This document shows positions 28,521-39,400 of a DNA stretch of 41,491 nt, piece by piece. A program made the position numbers and the translations under genes. This stretch comes from Prevotella sp. (lineage in GTDB: Bacteria; Bacteroidota; Bacteroidia; Bacteroidales; Bacteroidaceae), in contig JAFPED010000047.1 of the NCBI GenBank assembly GCA_017423565.1, forward strand, positions 1 to 41,491. Direction: 5' to 3'. Positions within the stretch are counted from its first letter, which is position 1; each line of letters starts with the position of its first letter. The notes under the pieces are model-generated. The model searched no databases, was not told where the DNA came from, and saw only the letters and a list, made by a program, of their open reading frames with translations.

Positions 28521-29213
28521 TTATTTGTTGTTGTTAAAACAGTTAGTCAAAATCGACAAAAGTATATACCAGGCAATAACAATAGCAATGCCTATGATAT
28601 TAAAAAGAATAATCAGTACTGCTGATGTCAGTACGAAAACATATTTGATTTCATTACCCTTGAAACCCCAGCTTTTAAACTTCAGGGCAAACATAGGAAC
28701 CTCCGATACCAACAGCCAGCAGCTAAGCAACATGCCTGCCACTACAGCATAATACAAATAAGGCGACGACAACAGCCAGTCACCGGCACCTACCAGCAAG
28801 GCTCCCCAAAAGAGTGCATTGGCAGGCGTGGGCAAACCAATGAATCCCATAGACTGTCGCTCGTCAAGATTGAACTTTGCCAGTCGGAGTGCAGAAAAGG
28901 CAGCCATGAGGAATGCTATATAAATCAGGTAATGCCACGGCAGGTATTCCACTCCGCCTTTCATGAAGTCAAAGATGATGGCTGAGGGCGCAAAGCCAAA
29001 AGTGATGTCGTCGGCCAGCGAGTCAAGCTCCTTGCCTATGGGCGAGCTGACACCCAACAGCCGTGCCGACATGCCGTCGAAGAAATCGAACACTGCGCCA
29101 ATGACGATGAACAGCAATGCAACGTCCCATACTCCACAGAAGGCCCAATAAGTAGCAATGCAACCTGAAATCAGGTTACAGCATGTAATCATGTTGGGAA
29201 TGTGCTTCTTCAT
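28521..29213 (-). CDS. pssA: CDP-diacylglycerol-serine O-phosphatidyltransferase
   Basis: IPNMITCCNL, DFFDGMSARLL...GKELDSLADD, RLAKFN, FIGLPTP. Confidence 0.93.
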   Translation of the reverse strand: MKKHIPNMITCCNLISGCIATYWAFCGVWDVALLFIVIGAVFDFFDGMSARLLGVSSPIGKELDSLADDITFGFAPSAIIFDFMKGGVEYLPWHYLIYIAFLMAAFSALRLAKFNLDERQSMGFIGLPTPANALFWGALLVGAGDWLLSSPYLYYAVVAGMLLSCWLLVSEVPMFALKFKSWGFKGNEIKYVFVLTSAVLIILFNIIGIAIVIAWYILLSILTNCFNNNK

Positions 29214-29234
29214 TGTCAAATAGTCATTTTTTAA

Positions 29235-29924
29235 TTACGGCAGTTTTGCGATGACAGTCTGGTCGCCTGTAGTAGGCTGGCCCATTTTCACACAGGGCTG
29301 CGATCCCAGTGGCAGAAGGACATCCACGCGCGAACCCAACTTGATGAAGCCCAGATGCTCGTCAATGTAGCACTCTTCGTCATCCTTGGCGTAAGTAACA
29401 ATGCGGCGAGCCATGGCACCTGCTATCTGACGGCATAACACTTGCTGACCATCAGGGGTCTGAATCATCGTGTCAGCACGTTCGTTCTCCTCACTGGCCT
29501 TGGGCAGCCACGCTTTGTGGTAATTACCGTTCTGATGCTTGACAAAGAGTACCTTGCCGTCAACAGGAAACCAGTTGGCATGAACGTTAAACGGGCTCAT
29601 AAAGATGGAAATCATCAGACGACGGTCATGGAAATACTCGTCCTCGTCAACCTCCTCGACCACAACAATCCTGCCATCGGCCGGAGCTACCACAATCTTC
29701 TCCGTCTCACCATTGTAATAACGGATGGGGCAACGGTAGAAATTCAGCACTACTAACCACGCAGCACCAAAGACAACTGTGAAGCTCCAAAAAGGTATTT
29801 TACTTTCGAAGCCAAACCACAATGCCAGTCCGATGCCGACCAGTAATAAAAGTGTCACGCTTAGTGTGTTGGTTCCCTCTCTATGTATTCTGATTTTCTT
29901 CAGTTTCTTGATTTTCTCTCCCAT
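29235..29924 (-). CDS. psd: Phosphatidylserine decarboxylase proenzyme
   Basis: [19 protein letters not shown]...[12 protein letters not shown] cleavage site; ATG 29924. Confidence 0.93.
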   Translation of the reverse strand: MGEKIKKLKKIRIHREGTNTLSVTLLLLVGIGLALWFGFESKIPFWSFTVVFGAAWLVVLNFYRCPIRYYNGETEKIVVAPADGRIVVVEEVDEDEYFHDRRLMISIFMSPFNVHANWFPVDGKVLFVKHQNGNYHKAWLPKASEENERADTMIQTPDGQQVLCRQIAGAMARRIVTYAKDDEECYIDEHLGFIKLGSRVDVLLPLGSQPCVKMGQPTTGDQTVIAKLP

Positions 29925-29967
29925 GTCAATCAGTCGATTCCTATCGATTACTTTCGGTTTCAATTTG

Positions 29968-29998
29968 CAAAGGTACGAATAAGAAAGCAAAATGCAAA
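29968..29998 (-). promoter_or_regulatory. psd promoter (TTTG-N19-TACCTTTG)
   Basis: Minus-strand consensus elements at 29998-29995 and 29975-29968. Confidence 0.7.
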
Positions 29999-30147
29999 AA
30001 GAAAACATGTTTTTCTTACCTTTTTCGATAGAAATACCTATATCTGACTGGAGTTTGACCTATGCTGACAAGGAGTTTGAGGCTATTCTACGCGAGTAGA
30101 AAGGCGTATATCTGATAGTTTACCCTACCTATTTCTTTACATCCAGC

Positions 30148-30321
30148 GCTACATGCTTCATTACGACATTTAGTTAGTTTTTTTACGACAAGTTGTAGAT
30201 ATAGATAAATATAGATATTATAGTTAATATTATTAATATATATATTAATAATATTATTATAGATTATATGGCTTTTCGTGACGTATTTTTTTGATGTAAA
30301 TGTCGTAATGAAGCATGTAGC
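30148..30321. repeat. 25-bp perfect inverted repeats enclosing a 32-bp perfect A/T palindrome
   Basis: GCTACATGCTTCATTACGACATTTA (30148-30172) is the reverse complement of 30297-30321; palindrome at 30225-30256. Confidence 0.9.
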
Positions 30322-30348
30322 ACATGATAAGTTAATTAATATGAAAAG

Positions 30349-30380
30349 TTTGGTGGTATCAATTTTTTGACGTATCTTTG
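30349..30380 (+). promoter_or_regulatory. dnaE promoter (TTTG-N20-TATCTTTG)
   Basis: Both consensus elements, 32 nt before ATG 30413. Confidence 0.75.
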
Positions 30381-30412
30381 AGGCTCCAATTAACAACAGA
30401 AAGCGACTCAAC

Positions 30413-33400
30413 ATGCAGGATTTCGTTCATTTACACGTACATACATACTATTCTATACTTGATGGACAGGCCAGTATCAAGCGTCTGGTTGACAAAGCCA
30501 TTGCCAATGGCATGCAGGGTATGGCTGTGACCGACCATGGCGATATGTTCGGCATCAAGGAGTTTCATGACTACGTAGGCGGCATCAACAAGAGTCGCAA
30601 GAAGGAGGGTTTGGCACCCTTCAAACCTATTTTCGGCTGTGAGATGTACGTCTCGCGCTACGGCTCCAAATTGCTTAAGAACGACAAACGTCATCAGAGT
30701 GGTTACCACCTCATAGTACTGGCTAAGAACGAGAAGGGTTACAAGAACCTGATTAAACTGGTGAGCAGATCGTGGATTGACGGCTACTACATGCGTCCTC
30801 GAACGGACAGAGAGGATCTGGAGCGTTACCACGAGGGCCTCATCGTCTGTTCTGCATGCATAGCCGGTGAGGTGCCCAAGAAGATTCTGAATGGCGACAT
30901 GGCAGGTGCACGCGAAGCTGTAGAGTGGTACAAACGCGTATTTGGAGACGACTACTACCTGGAGCTGCAACGCCACGAGGTGAAGGACCCTACAATACGA
31001 GCCAACCGTGAGACCTACCCTCTGCAGCAACAAGCAAACAAGGTACTCATGGAGCTGGCAAAGGAGTATGGCATCAAACTCATTTGTACGAACGACGTAC
31101 ACTTTGTTGACGAAGACAATGCAGAAGCGCACGACCACCTGTTGTGCCTCAGCACGAACAAAGACCTGGACGACCCCACACGTATGCTCTACTCGAAACA
31201 GGAGTGGTTCAAGACACGTGAGGAAATGAACGAAATTTTCCAAGACGTTCCTGAAGCCCTGTCGAACACGCTCGAGATTCTTGACAAGGTGGAGATATAC
31301 AGTCTGGACCACGACCCCATCATGCCGTTCTTCCCCATTCCTGAATCATTTGGAACAGAGGAGCAGTGGCGAGAGAAATTCACCAAGGAACAACTATATG
31401 AGGAGTTCACACGTGACGAGAACGGCGAGAACCCACTGCCACGTGAGGAAGGAGAGAAGAAAATCAAAAAACTGGGTGGTTACGACAAGCTGTATCGCAT
31501 TAAGTTTGAAGCCGACTATTTGGCAAAGCTGGCCTATGAAGGAGCGAAAAGAAGATACGGCGACCCACTGTCGCAAGAGGTAAAGGAACGCGTGAGGTTC
31601 GAGTTGCACATCATGAAGACCATGGGTTTCCCTGGCTACTTCCTCATTGTGCAAGACTTCATCAACTCTGCACGCGACGAACTGGGCGTGATGGTTGGTC
31701 CGGGACGAGGCTCTGCTGCCGGTAGTGTGGTAGCCTACTGTCTGGGCATCACTAAGATTGACCCACTGAAATACGACTTGCTGTTTGAGCGTTTCCTCAA
31801 CCCAGACCGTATATCTCTGCCCGATATAGACACCGACTTCGACGACGACGGACGAGGAAAAGTGCTGAAATGGGTAGAGGACAAATATGGGCACGAGAAC
31901 TGTGCGCACATCATTACCTACTCTACCATGGCCACGAAGAACTCAATCAAGGACGTGGCGCGTGTGGAGAAGGTGCCACTGGAAGATGCAAACAGACTGT
32001 GCAAGGCCATACCAGATCGTTTGCCCGACGGTCTGAAGATGAACCTCAAGAATGCCATTCTCTGCACGCCAGCCCTTCGTGAAGCAGAAGCATCAGCAAA
32101 CGAGAAGTTGGCCAACACCATCAAATATGCCAAGATGCTGGAGGGAACAGTTCGTGGCACAGGCATCCACGCCTGCGGATTTATTATCTGTCGCGACCCC
32201 ATCAGCGACTGGGTACCTGTGTCAACGGCTGACGACCCAGACTTCAAGGACACGAAGACGAACTGCACGCAGTACGATGGTCACGTCATTGAATCGACAG
32301 GTCTCATCAAGATGGACTTCCTGGGACTGAAGACGCTTTCTGAGCTACGTGAGGCTTGTTTGAACATCAAGCGTACTCGAGGCATCGACATCGACTTGGA
32401 CACCATTCCCATAGATGACACCAAGACCTACGAGCTCTACCAACAGGGCCGTACCATCGGCACCTTCCAGTTTGAGTCCTCGGGCATGCAGAAATATCTT
32501 AGAGAGCTGCACCCAACAGTATTTGAGGACCTCATAGCCATGAACGCCCTTTACCGTCCAGGACCCATGGACTATATCCCAGACTTTATCAAGCGTAAAA
32601 ACGGGCTGGCACCAATCACATACCCCATTCCCTGCATGGAGAAATACCTGAAAGACACGTATGGCATTACCGTCTATCAGGAGCAGGTGATGCTGCTGTC
32701 GCGACAACTGTCGAACTTCACCCGTGGTGAAAGTGACGCACTGCGTAAGGCCATGGGTAAGAAGAAGAAGGACATCGTAGATCAGATGAAGCCGAAGTTC
32801 ATAGAAGGTGGCAAGAAGAACGGCCACGACCCCAAGATATTGGAAAGTATATGGACAGACTGGGAGAAGTTTGCATCGTATGCCTTCAACAAGTCGCATG
32901 CTGCCTGTTACTCATGGGTGGCTTACCAAACAGCATACCTCAAGGCCAACTATCCGGCAGAGTTCATGGCAGCCATCATGAGCAGACGTCGCGACCAGAT
33001 ATCGGAAATAACGAAGCTCATGGACGAATGTAAGGCGATGGGCATTGCCACCCTGGGACCAGACGTGAACGAGTCGTACGAAATGTTTGGTGTGAACCAC
33101 CACGGTGAGATACGTTTCGGACTGGCAGCCATCAAGGGCATGGGTGACAATGTGGCACAGGCCATCATTGGCGAGCGTGAGAAGAACGGTCCCTACAAGA
33201 ACATCTTCGACTTCGTACAGCGTATCAGCCTAAGCAACGTCAACCGTAAAGCATTGGAAAGTCTGGCACTTAGTGGTGCTTTCGACAGCTTCGACATTTC
33301 ACGCGAGAGTTTCTTTGCAACCAACAAGAAAGGAGAAGTATTCCTTGACAGTCTGTTACGCTATGGGCAACGCTACCAACAGGGACAGAAGGAAATGATG

Positions 33401-34120
33401 AACTCACTTTTTGGTGGTGACAATGCAGTGGAGATTGCCACACCTCCCATTCCGCAAAGCGAGAAATGGAGTGACCTGGAACGACTGAACAAGGAGCGTG
33501 AACTGGTGGGCATCTACCTCTCTGCTCATCCGTTAGACAGCTATAGCGTCGTACTGGAACACCTGTGCAACACCAGGTGTGACGAATTGGCAGACGTCAG
33601 CAAACTGACAGACAGAGAAGAGCTCGTACTGGGTGGCATCGTCACCAATGTTGAAGAACGAGTGACCAAGAATGGTAAGTATTGTGGATTTGTTACAATT
33701 GAAGACTTCAAAGGCTCTGGTCAACTGGCCTTCTTCGGCGAGGAATGGGCGCATTGGAAAAACTGGTTCATCACTGGTGGAACACTCTTCATTAACGCTA
33801 AGCTAATGCCACGTTGGCAGAATAATCCTCAATTGGAACCGAGGGTACAGAGGATAGAGTTTCTGCAGACGGTGAAGGAAAATGCGTTCGACCATATCAC
33901 CCTCAACATCAACACCAGCCTGCTGGACGATGATACCGTGATACTTCTCAACAACGCCATTGAGCAAAACCCAGGAAAGACGGAGCTTCTCATCAACCTG
34001 TACGACAACAAGAAAGAGAACCAAGTGCTACTGAAAAGCCAAAACAAAACGATTGACGTAAACCTGCATCTGCTACAAAGCATAGAAAAAATTGCAGGTG
34101 TTAACTATGCTTTCGGATAA
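30413..34120 (+). CDS. dnaE: DNA polymerase III alpha subunit
   Basis: PHP HLHVHT..S.LDG, GPGRGSAAGS, FERFLNPDR..PDIDTD, KMDFLGL, YAFNKSH. Confidence 0.97.
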   Translation: MQDFVHLHVHTYYSILDGQASIKRLVDKAIANGMQGMAVTDHGDMFGIKEFHDYVGGINKSRKKEGLAPFKPIFGCEMYVSRYGSKLLKNDKRHQSGYHLIVLAKNEKGYKNLIKLVSRSWIDGYYMRPRTDREDLERYHEGLIVCSACIAGEVPKKILNGDMAGAREAVEWYKRVFGDDYYLELQRHEVKDPTIRANRETYPLQQQANKVLMELAKEYGIKLICTNDVHFVDEDNAEAHDHLLCLSTNKDLDDPTRMLYSKQEWFKTREEMNEIFQDVPEALSNTLEILDKVEIYSLDHDPIMPFFPIPESFGTEEQWREKFTKEQLYEEFTRDENGENPLPREEGEKKIKKLGGYDKLYRIKFEADYLAKLAYEGAKRRYGDPLSQEVKERVRFELHIMKTMGFPGYFLIVQDFINSARDELGVMVGPGRGSAAGSVVAYCLGITKIDPLKYDLLFERFLNPDRISLPDIDTDFDDDGRGKVLKWVEDKYGHENCAHIITYSTMATKNSIKDVARVEKVPLEDANRLCKAIPDRLPDGLKMNLKNAILCTPALREAEASANEKLANTIKYAKMLEGTVRGTGIHACGFIICRDPISDWVPVSTADDPDFKDTKTNCTQYDGHVIESTGLIKMDFLGLKTLSELREACLNIKRTRGIDIDLDTIPIDDTKTYELYQQGRTIGTFQFESSGMQKYLRELHPTVFEDLIAMNALYRPGPMDYIPDFIKRKNGLAPITYPIPCMEKYLKDTYGITVYQEQVMLLSRQLSNFTRGESDALRKAMGKKKKDIVDQMKPKFIEGGKKNGHDPKILESIWTDWEKFASYAFNKSHAACYSWVAYQTAYLKANYPAEFMAAIMSRRRDQISEITKLMDECKAMGIATLGPDVNESYEMFGVNHHGEIRFGLAAIKGMGDNVAQAIIGEREKNGPYKNIFDFVQRISLSNVNRKALESLALSGAFDSFDISRESFFATNKKGEVFLDSLLRYGQRYQQGQKEMMNSLFGGDNAVEIATPPIPQSEKWSDLERLNKERELVGIYLSAHPLDSYSVVLEHLCNTRCDELADVSKLTDREELVLGGIVTNVEERVTKNGKYCGFVTIEDFKGSGQLAFFGEEWAHWKNWFITGGTLFINAKLMPRWQNNPQLEPRVQRIEFLQTVKENAFDHITLNINTSLLDDDTVILLNNAIEQNPGKTELLINLYDNKKENQVLLKSQNKTIDVNLHLLQSIEKIAGVNYAFG

Positions 34121-34186
34121 GTGGCACACTATTTGCTATAGAACCAATGAAAGAACTATTATAAACCCAAAAGACAACAACTAATT

Positions 34187-34501
34187 ATGGAAGTAAAAAT
34201 CACAAGCGAAAACTTTGAGAGCCTCAAGAACGGTGAACAGCCACTCGTAGTAGATTTCTGGGCAACATGGTGTGGACCATGCCGCATGATAGCCCCTGTT
34301 CTTTCTGAACTGGCTCAGGAATACGACGGAAAGATTACCGTTGGTAAATGTGACGTAGAAGAAAACGACGAGCTGGCAGCCGAGTTTGGCATCCGCAACA
34401 TACCAACCATCATCTTTATGAAAGACGGTGAAATAGTCGATAAGCTGGTAGGTGCAGTGCCCAAGGCAAAACTCGAAGAGAAATTCAAATCTCTACTTTA
34501 A
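34187..34501 (+). CDS. trxA: Thioredoxin
   Basis: [14 protein letters not shown]. Confidence 0.96.
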   Translation: MEVKITSENFESLKNGEQPLVVDFWATWCGPCRMIAPVLSELAQEYDGKITVGKCDVEENDELAAEFGIRNIPTIIFMKDGEIVDKLVGAVPKAKLEEKFKSLL

Positions 34502-34901
34502 CCTGACGTGTGCCGTCTGTCTGTTCGCTGATAGTGACACTAACGGCATCTGAAGGTAGCAAGGATTCTACCAACTCGGGCCACTCTATGAAACAGAGTG
34601 CGCCCGAGTAAAAATAATCCTCGTAACCCATGTCATAGACTTCTTCCAACTTCTTGATACGATAGAAGTCGAAATGGTAAATGGACTGCCCATTTGCCGA
34701 GTATTCATTGACAATAGCGAAGGTAGGACTGGTAATGACATCCTCCACTCCCAGCTCTTCGCAAACAGCTTTTATAAACGTGGTCTTACCAGCGCCCATC
34801 GTGCCATAGAATGCAAACACATGGTGGTCGCCTATGAGTTGTACAAACTGACGTGCTGCAGCACGTATCTGTTCTATATCCTTTATTTCTATTGTTTCCA
34901 T
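34485..34901 (-). CDS. tsaE: tRNA threonylcarbamoyladenosine biosynthesis ATPase
   Basis: [25 protein letters not shown]. Confidence 0.95.
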   Translation of the reverse strand: METIEIKDIEQIRAAARQFVQLIGDHHVFAFYGTMGAGKTTFIKAVCEELGVEDVITSPTFAIVNEYSANGQSIYHFDFYRIKKLEEVYDMGYEDYFYSGALCFIEWPELVESLLPSDAVSVTISEQTDGTRQVKVEI

Positions 34902-34916
34902 TATTCTATATTCTAA

Positions 34917-36491
34917 CTAACGTTTCTTACCCTTCATGCTGACCAACGGAATAATCATTTCCTCCATGGAGATGCCTCCATGCTGGAACGTGTCTTTGTA
35001 GTAACTGACGTAGTAATTGTAGTTATTAGGATAGGCAAAGAACGCGTCGCCAGTAGCAAAGACGTAGCTGGTAGAAAGATTAGGAGCAGGAAGCAATGCC
35101 TGCTGAGGATTTTTGATGACAAAAAGGTCCTTGGAGCTATAGGCGAGGTTTTTGCCCAGCTTATAGCGCAAGTTAGTGTTCGTATTACGATCACCCACAA
35201 TCTTCTCTGGTTTGGTACAGCGAATGGATCCGTGGTCTGTGGTAATGATGACGTGATAGTCCTTCTGTGCCAACACCTTAAACAATTCGCTGACCACAGA
35301 ATGACGGAACCATGACTGGGTGATGCTGCGATAAGCCGACTCGTTATTGGCCAATTCACGTACCATACGAGACTCCGTACGAGCATGACTGAGCATATCG
35401 ATAAAATTGAACACCACGACATTCAGGTCGTTCTTCTCCAACGTGTTGAGCTGAGCAAGGAAACGTTCTGCCTCGGCTGACGTGTTTATCTTATGATAAG
35501 AGAACGTGTTATGGCGACGATAACGGTCAAGCTGGGTTTGAATGAGTGGCGCCTCGTTAAGGTTTTTGCCTTCCTCTTCGTCTTCGTCAACCCACAGGTC
35601 TGGGAACATCTCAGCAATCTTGTTGGGCATCAAACCAGAGAAGATGGCATTACGGGCATACTGTGTAGCAGTAGGAAGAATGCTACAGTATAACTGCTCG
35701 TCAATATCGAACTGGTCGCTTAGTTCTGTCTCCAGTATCTTCCACTGGTCATACCTGAAATTATCAAACACGACAAGAAACACCTTCTCCCCTGCATTGA
35801 GGCATGGGAAGACTGCCGTTTTGAATATAGCAGGCGAAAGCAAAGGGAAATCCTCGCCGCTGGTTCCTTGAAGGGAGGAGAGACGTGCCATCCAGTCCAT
35901 GTAGTTCTTCTTGATGAACTTTGCAAAACCCAGATTGGCTTCTTCCTTCTGCATGTGAAGCATCTCTGTCATGGCAGAATCGGTAGAGCTTAGCTCCAGC
36001 TCCCAGTGGACCAAGCGACGATAGACGTCTGTCCAGTCTTGCCATGTGCGACAATCCATTATCTGCATGGCAATCTGCTGGAACTGCTGCTGGTATCCGC
36101 TCTGTGTCTCCTCTGTCACCAATTCCCTACGATGAATATTCTTCTTCAGCGTCAACAATATCTGGTTGGGATTCACTGGCTTAATGAGATAGTCGGCTAT
36201 CTTACGACCGATGGCCTGATTCATGATGTCCTCTTCCTCACTCTTCGTAACCATTACTACAGGAACCGAAGGTGCAATCTCCTTGATACGCTGCAGGGTG
36301 TCAAGTCCTGACAAACCTGGCATCATCTCGTCCAACAGCACCAAGTCGAAATTATGCTGCCTACACTGGTCAATGGCATCTGGTCCATTGGTTACTGTAA
36401 TCACCTCGTAGCCTTTCTTCTCGAGGAATAGCAGATGGGGACGGAGCAGTTCCATCTCATCGTCAGCCCATAGTAATAGTCCGTTTGTCAT
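34917..36491 (-). CDS. porX: T9SS response regulator PorX (receiver + PglZ domain)
   Basis: WADDE, LLDEMMPG, KP receiver domain; DNFRYDQW, LPTATQYARN, TTDHG, FQHGGISMEE PglZ domain. Confidence 0.9.
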   Translation of the reverse strand: MTNGLLLWADDEMELLRPHLLFLEKKGYEVITVTNGPDAIDQCRQHNFDLVLLDEMMPGLSGLDTLQRIKEIAPSVPVVMVTKSEEEDIMNQAIGRKIADYLIKPVNPNQILLTLKKNIHRRELVTEETQSGYQQQFQQIAMQIMDCRTWQDWTDVYRRLVHWELELSSTDSAMTEMLHMQKEEANLGFAKFIKKNYMDWMARLSSLQGTSGEDFPLLSPAIFKTAVFPCLNAGEKVFLVVFDNFRYDQWKILETELSDQFDIDEQLYCSILPTATQYARNAIFSGLMPNKIAEMFPDLWVDEDEEEGKNLNEAPLIQTQLDRYRRHNTFSYHKINTSAEAERFLAQLNTLEKNDLNVVVFNFIDMLSHARTESRMVRELANNESAYRSITQSWFRHSVVSELFKVLAQKDYHVIITTDHGSIRCTKPEKIVGDRNTNTNLRYKLGKNLAYSSKDLFVIKNPQQALLPAPNLSTSYVFATGDAFFAYPNNYNYYVSYYKDTFQHGGISMEEMIIPLVSMKGKKR

Positions 36492-39400
36492 CTGTAAAAA
36501 TCTTCGTCAAATTCTATATATCCATTATTATTAGGAGAGTCAGGAGCAAAAGGATCCCATTGGTCATCAGGAGTCGTTGGTGTATCCGTGCCTTCAGCAT
36601 CGTCAGGGTCTTCCACTATATTCTCCGGATCGCTCAATAGCGGGTCATTACTAATGTCAAGTGGTGCCAGCTCGCGTTCGTAGAACTCGTCATAGTCATT
36701 ATAACTGAACGAGATACCCAGTTTTTGCAGATTCTCATCACTAATCATAAGGTGACGACAGCCCTGCAAACGGTCTTTCATCTGAGGGTCGGCATAGAGC
36801 ATATGCACATACTGACGTACCTCGTCATAACTGAGGAAACCTTTGACAACCATTCGACTGACGCCATCACCATGTTCCACTTCAATCTCGAAGTTTCGCA
36901 CCAGGTAATTGGTAAAGTTATAACGTGCCAGCTCATAGAGCAACTGGTTGCCATTGATGGAGTCTGGACGATAAGCCAGCACGAAGTTGAAACGTGTGTT
37001 ACGCTCTATGCTCAGCGTATCAATGGCTGTAGAGTCACGCTCGTTCATCACGGCATCGCGACGACTCCACACGTCGCCCATATCGAAATGTCCTCCATGT
37101 AAGCGACGACCCTCCTGCACGCCACGAACTATCATACCTGCAATGGAACTGACCTCGCTGTCAGGATATTTCTCTACCACTTCCCTCATGCGTACCAGAC
37201 AGGAGTCTGCCTGTCCTGCATTCAACAAGGTAAGACCTTCAATGAACAGGAACTTGGGGCGATGGGCTCCTTGTGGGAAACGCTCCATAGAGATGCGTGC
37301 ATTTCCCATTACCTCCTGAACACGCTCAGCCTGAAATGCATTATATGTTGCAGCATACAGGGAGTCTTCAATATGCACACCAAAACGGGCGTTCTCTTCA
37401 AAATAGGGGTCGCTTAACAATATGGTCCACTGACTTTCAGGAAAGTCTTGCTGCATGCGTTTCAAACATTCCTGGGCTTTCTGGTGACGTCCTTGTCGAG
37501 AATAAAGCAAGAACAAATGATACCATGCCTCGTCATTACGGGTATAGTCTGGGAAGTTGCTTGTCAGCCTCAACAGGAAACGCTCGCTGGAGCGCAGATT
37601 GTCGAGCTTATCCTTAAAGATAACACCTGCATTCATCAGTCCATCGCTCAACAGCGCATTGCTGGCAGCCATTTGCTCCTCTGTGAATGGTATCTGAGCA
37701 AGATAGTACTCACGCTGATGAGGATCAAGGGCTGCACTGTCTGTTGGAGTATTGTCATCCTGAGGAGTCACATCATTTGCCAATATGCTGTCAGTAGGCA
37801 AATCCATGCTGTCTGCCAATGCCTCTACATCGTCCATACGTACTACGGTACGGTTGGTACGCTGCCAGTTATCAACATTCTCACGCTTACCCCACTGACG
37901 CTCGAAGCTTTGTTTACCTTGACTGACGGCTTGAGGATTATAGAAATACCACAACCCTGACTGCTGAGGTGAAGTAGGTGTTGCAGGAGTTGTCGTGGCT
38001 GGTAGCCTGCCGTCTGTTGCTTGGGCTGCAATAGCCTGTTCGGCCTCTGCCTCTTCACGCGCCAGACGTTCCTCACGTTCTTTCTTCTTCAGCTCTTCTA
38101 TCACTCGGTCAATAGCTGCCAAGCGCTCTGCTTCTGGCATACGTGCCAATGCCTGCAATGAGTCCTGTAGATGGACGGCTTCAGTGTGAGGTACCAATTC
38201 GTCAAGAATGACAGAACGACGCGACAGCTGTTCGTAGTCAGGACGTTCACGATCCAACAAGCCAATTGCCTCGCCATAGCAACGACGGGCATCACTGTAT
38301 TTCTCTGTTTGCCAATAAAGGTTGCCCAGGTTCAGCAACAACACACCTTTCTCTATGCCACTTCGTGTAGCTTTCTTGTTACCTGTCTCGTATGCTTCAA
38401 TGGCATGAATGGTATCATTCTCCGACAGATAGATATTTCCTATGGCATAATATACTTGGTCAAGATAATCCTTGTTATTATCGGATGCCGCCATACGACG
38501 CAACTTGCTGATCATCTTTTTCGACTGACCCTTTGCCATCACCTCTGTAGAGGCAATACGTGCATTGAAGTCCAGTTCGTAAGGAGGATTCATACGCGAC
38601 ACCTTACGAAAGGCACGATATGCTTCATCACGATGCCCAAGTCTGGCTTGCAACTGTCCCATGAGGAACCACTCACGTGCACGCTGGGTCCGACGACGCT
38701 CGTGCTTGATAACCTGACGAAGAAAAGGTACGGCTTCTTCGTACTGACCATTACGAATATAATAGTCAGCGCGAGCATAGTCCCAGTCCTTTACTGCACG
38801 GAAGTCCATAGAGTCACGCTGCATCTGACGTAGCACGTCACCTGCTTCGTAAATCCACCCTAACTCAGTGTAGCTTTTCGTCAGCCATGCACGCGCAATA
38901 CCGTTTATGTGAGGACGTGTCTGATAGAGACGACTCATATAAGAGAAGGTAGCTGCAGCTTCTTCAAACTGTCCTTTCTGGAATTGTGACTTTCCTAACA
39001 AAAGCCATGCCTTCCAAATAAAGGGGTTATACTCACGACGCGAGAGCCACTCAATATCACGTGGTGTCTTCCGACGACCCTGAGGCCATTCGGGTTTACG
39101 CTTGATACTGTGACGACGTATGGCTTTCTCTGACTTCTCTATGGCACGATCAAAATGCGAAGAGCCGATGTTACGGGTGTTCTTGTCTGCCACAGGGTAC
39201 AAGGGAATCAGCTCTGTAAAATTGTCATGATGGCCTTTTTCTTGTTCTTGAGAACCCTCAATAAACGCCTGCGAACCATTATAATAGATGTTATAACGGG
39301 CATGGAAGGCATGGAAGAAACGACTCTTTGCCGTGTTTTGCTTGGATGCGCAAGAAACCAGAAGCGTCAGCACACCAATGAAAAGAAGGGTGGAAAGAGG

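Noticed and set aside
28107-28752. Plus-strand 109-aa ORFs after pyrH
   Set aside because: They cross the terminator and lie antisense to the DUF4834-like gene and pssA
30148-30321. Chromosomal oriC or dif assignment
   Set aside because: No TTATCCACA-type DnaA boxes or clear dif match seen, and strand bias does not obviously switch here by eye; left as an open check only
30088-30414. 108-aa minus-strand ORF across the psd-dnaE intergenic region
   Set aside because: Low-complexity I/N/Y translation of the AT palindrome; overlaps the dnaE promoter
30431-31312. 293-aa antisense ORF inside dnaE, and similar shadow ORFs within tpiA, the KS genes, porX and porW
   Set aside because: Fully antisense to well-supported genes, no recognisable motifs; expected from codon bias
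31330-31520. Apparent insertion in DnaE (possible intein)
   Set aside because: Only about 55 aa, no Cys/Ser start, His-Asn end or LAGLIDADG motif; more likely a lineage-specific loop
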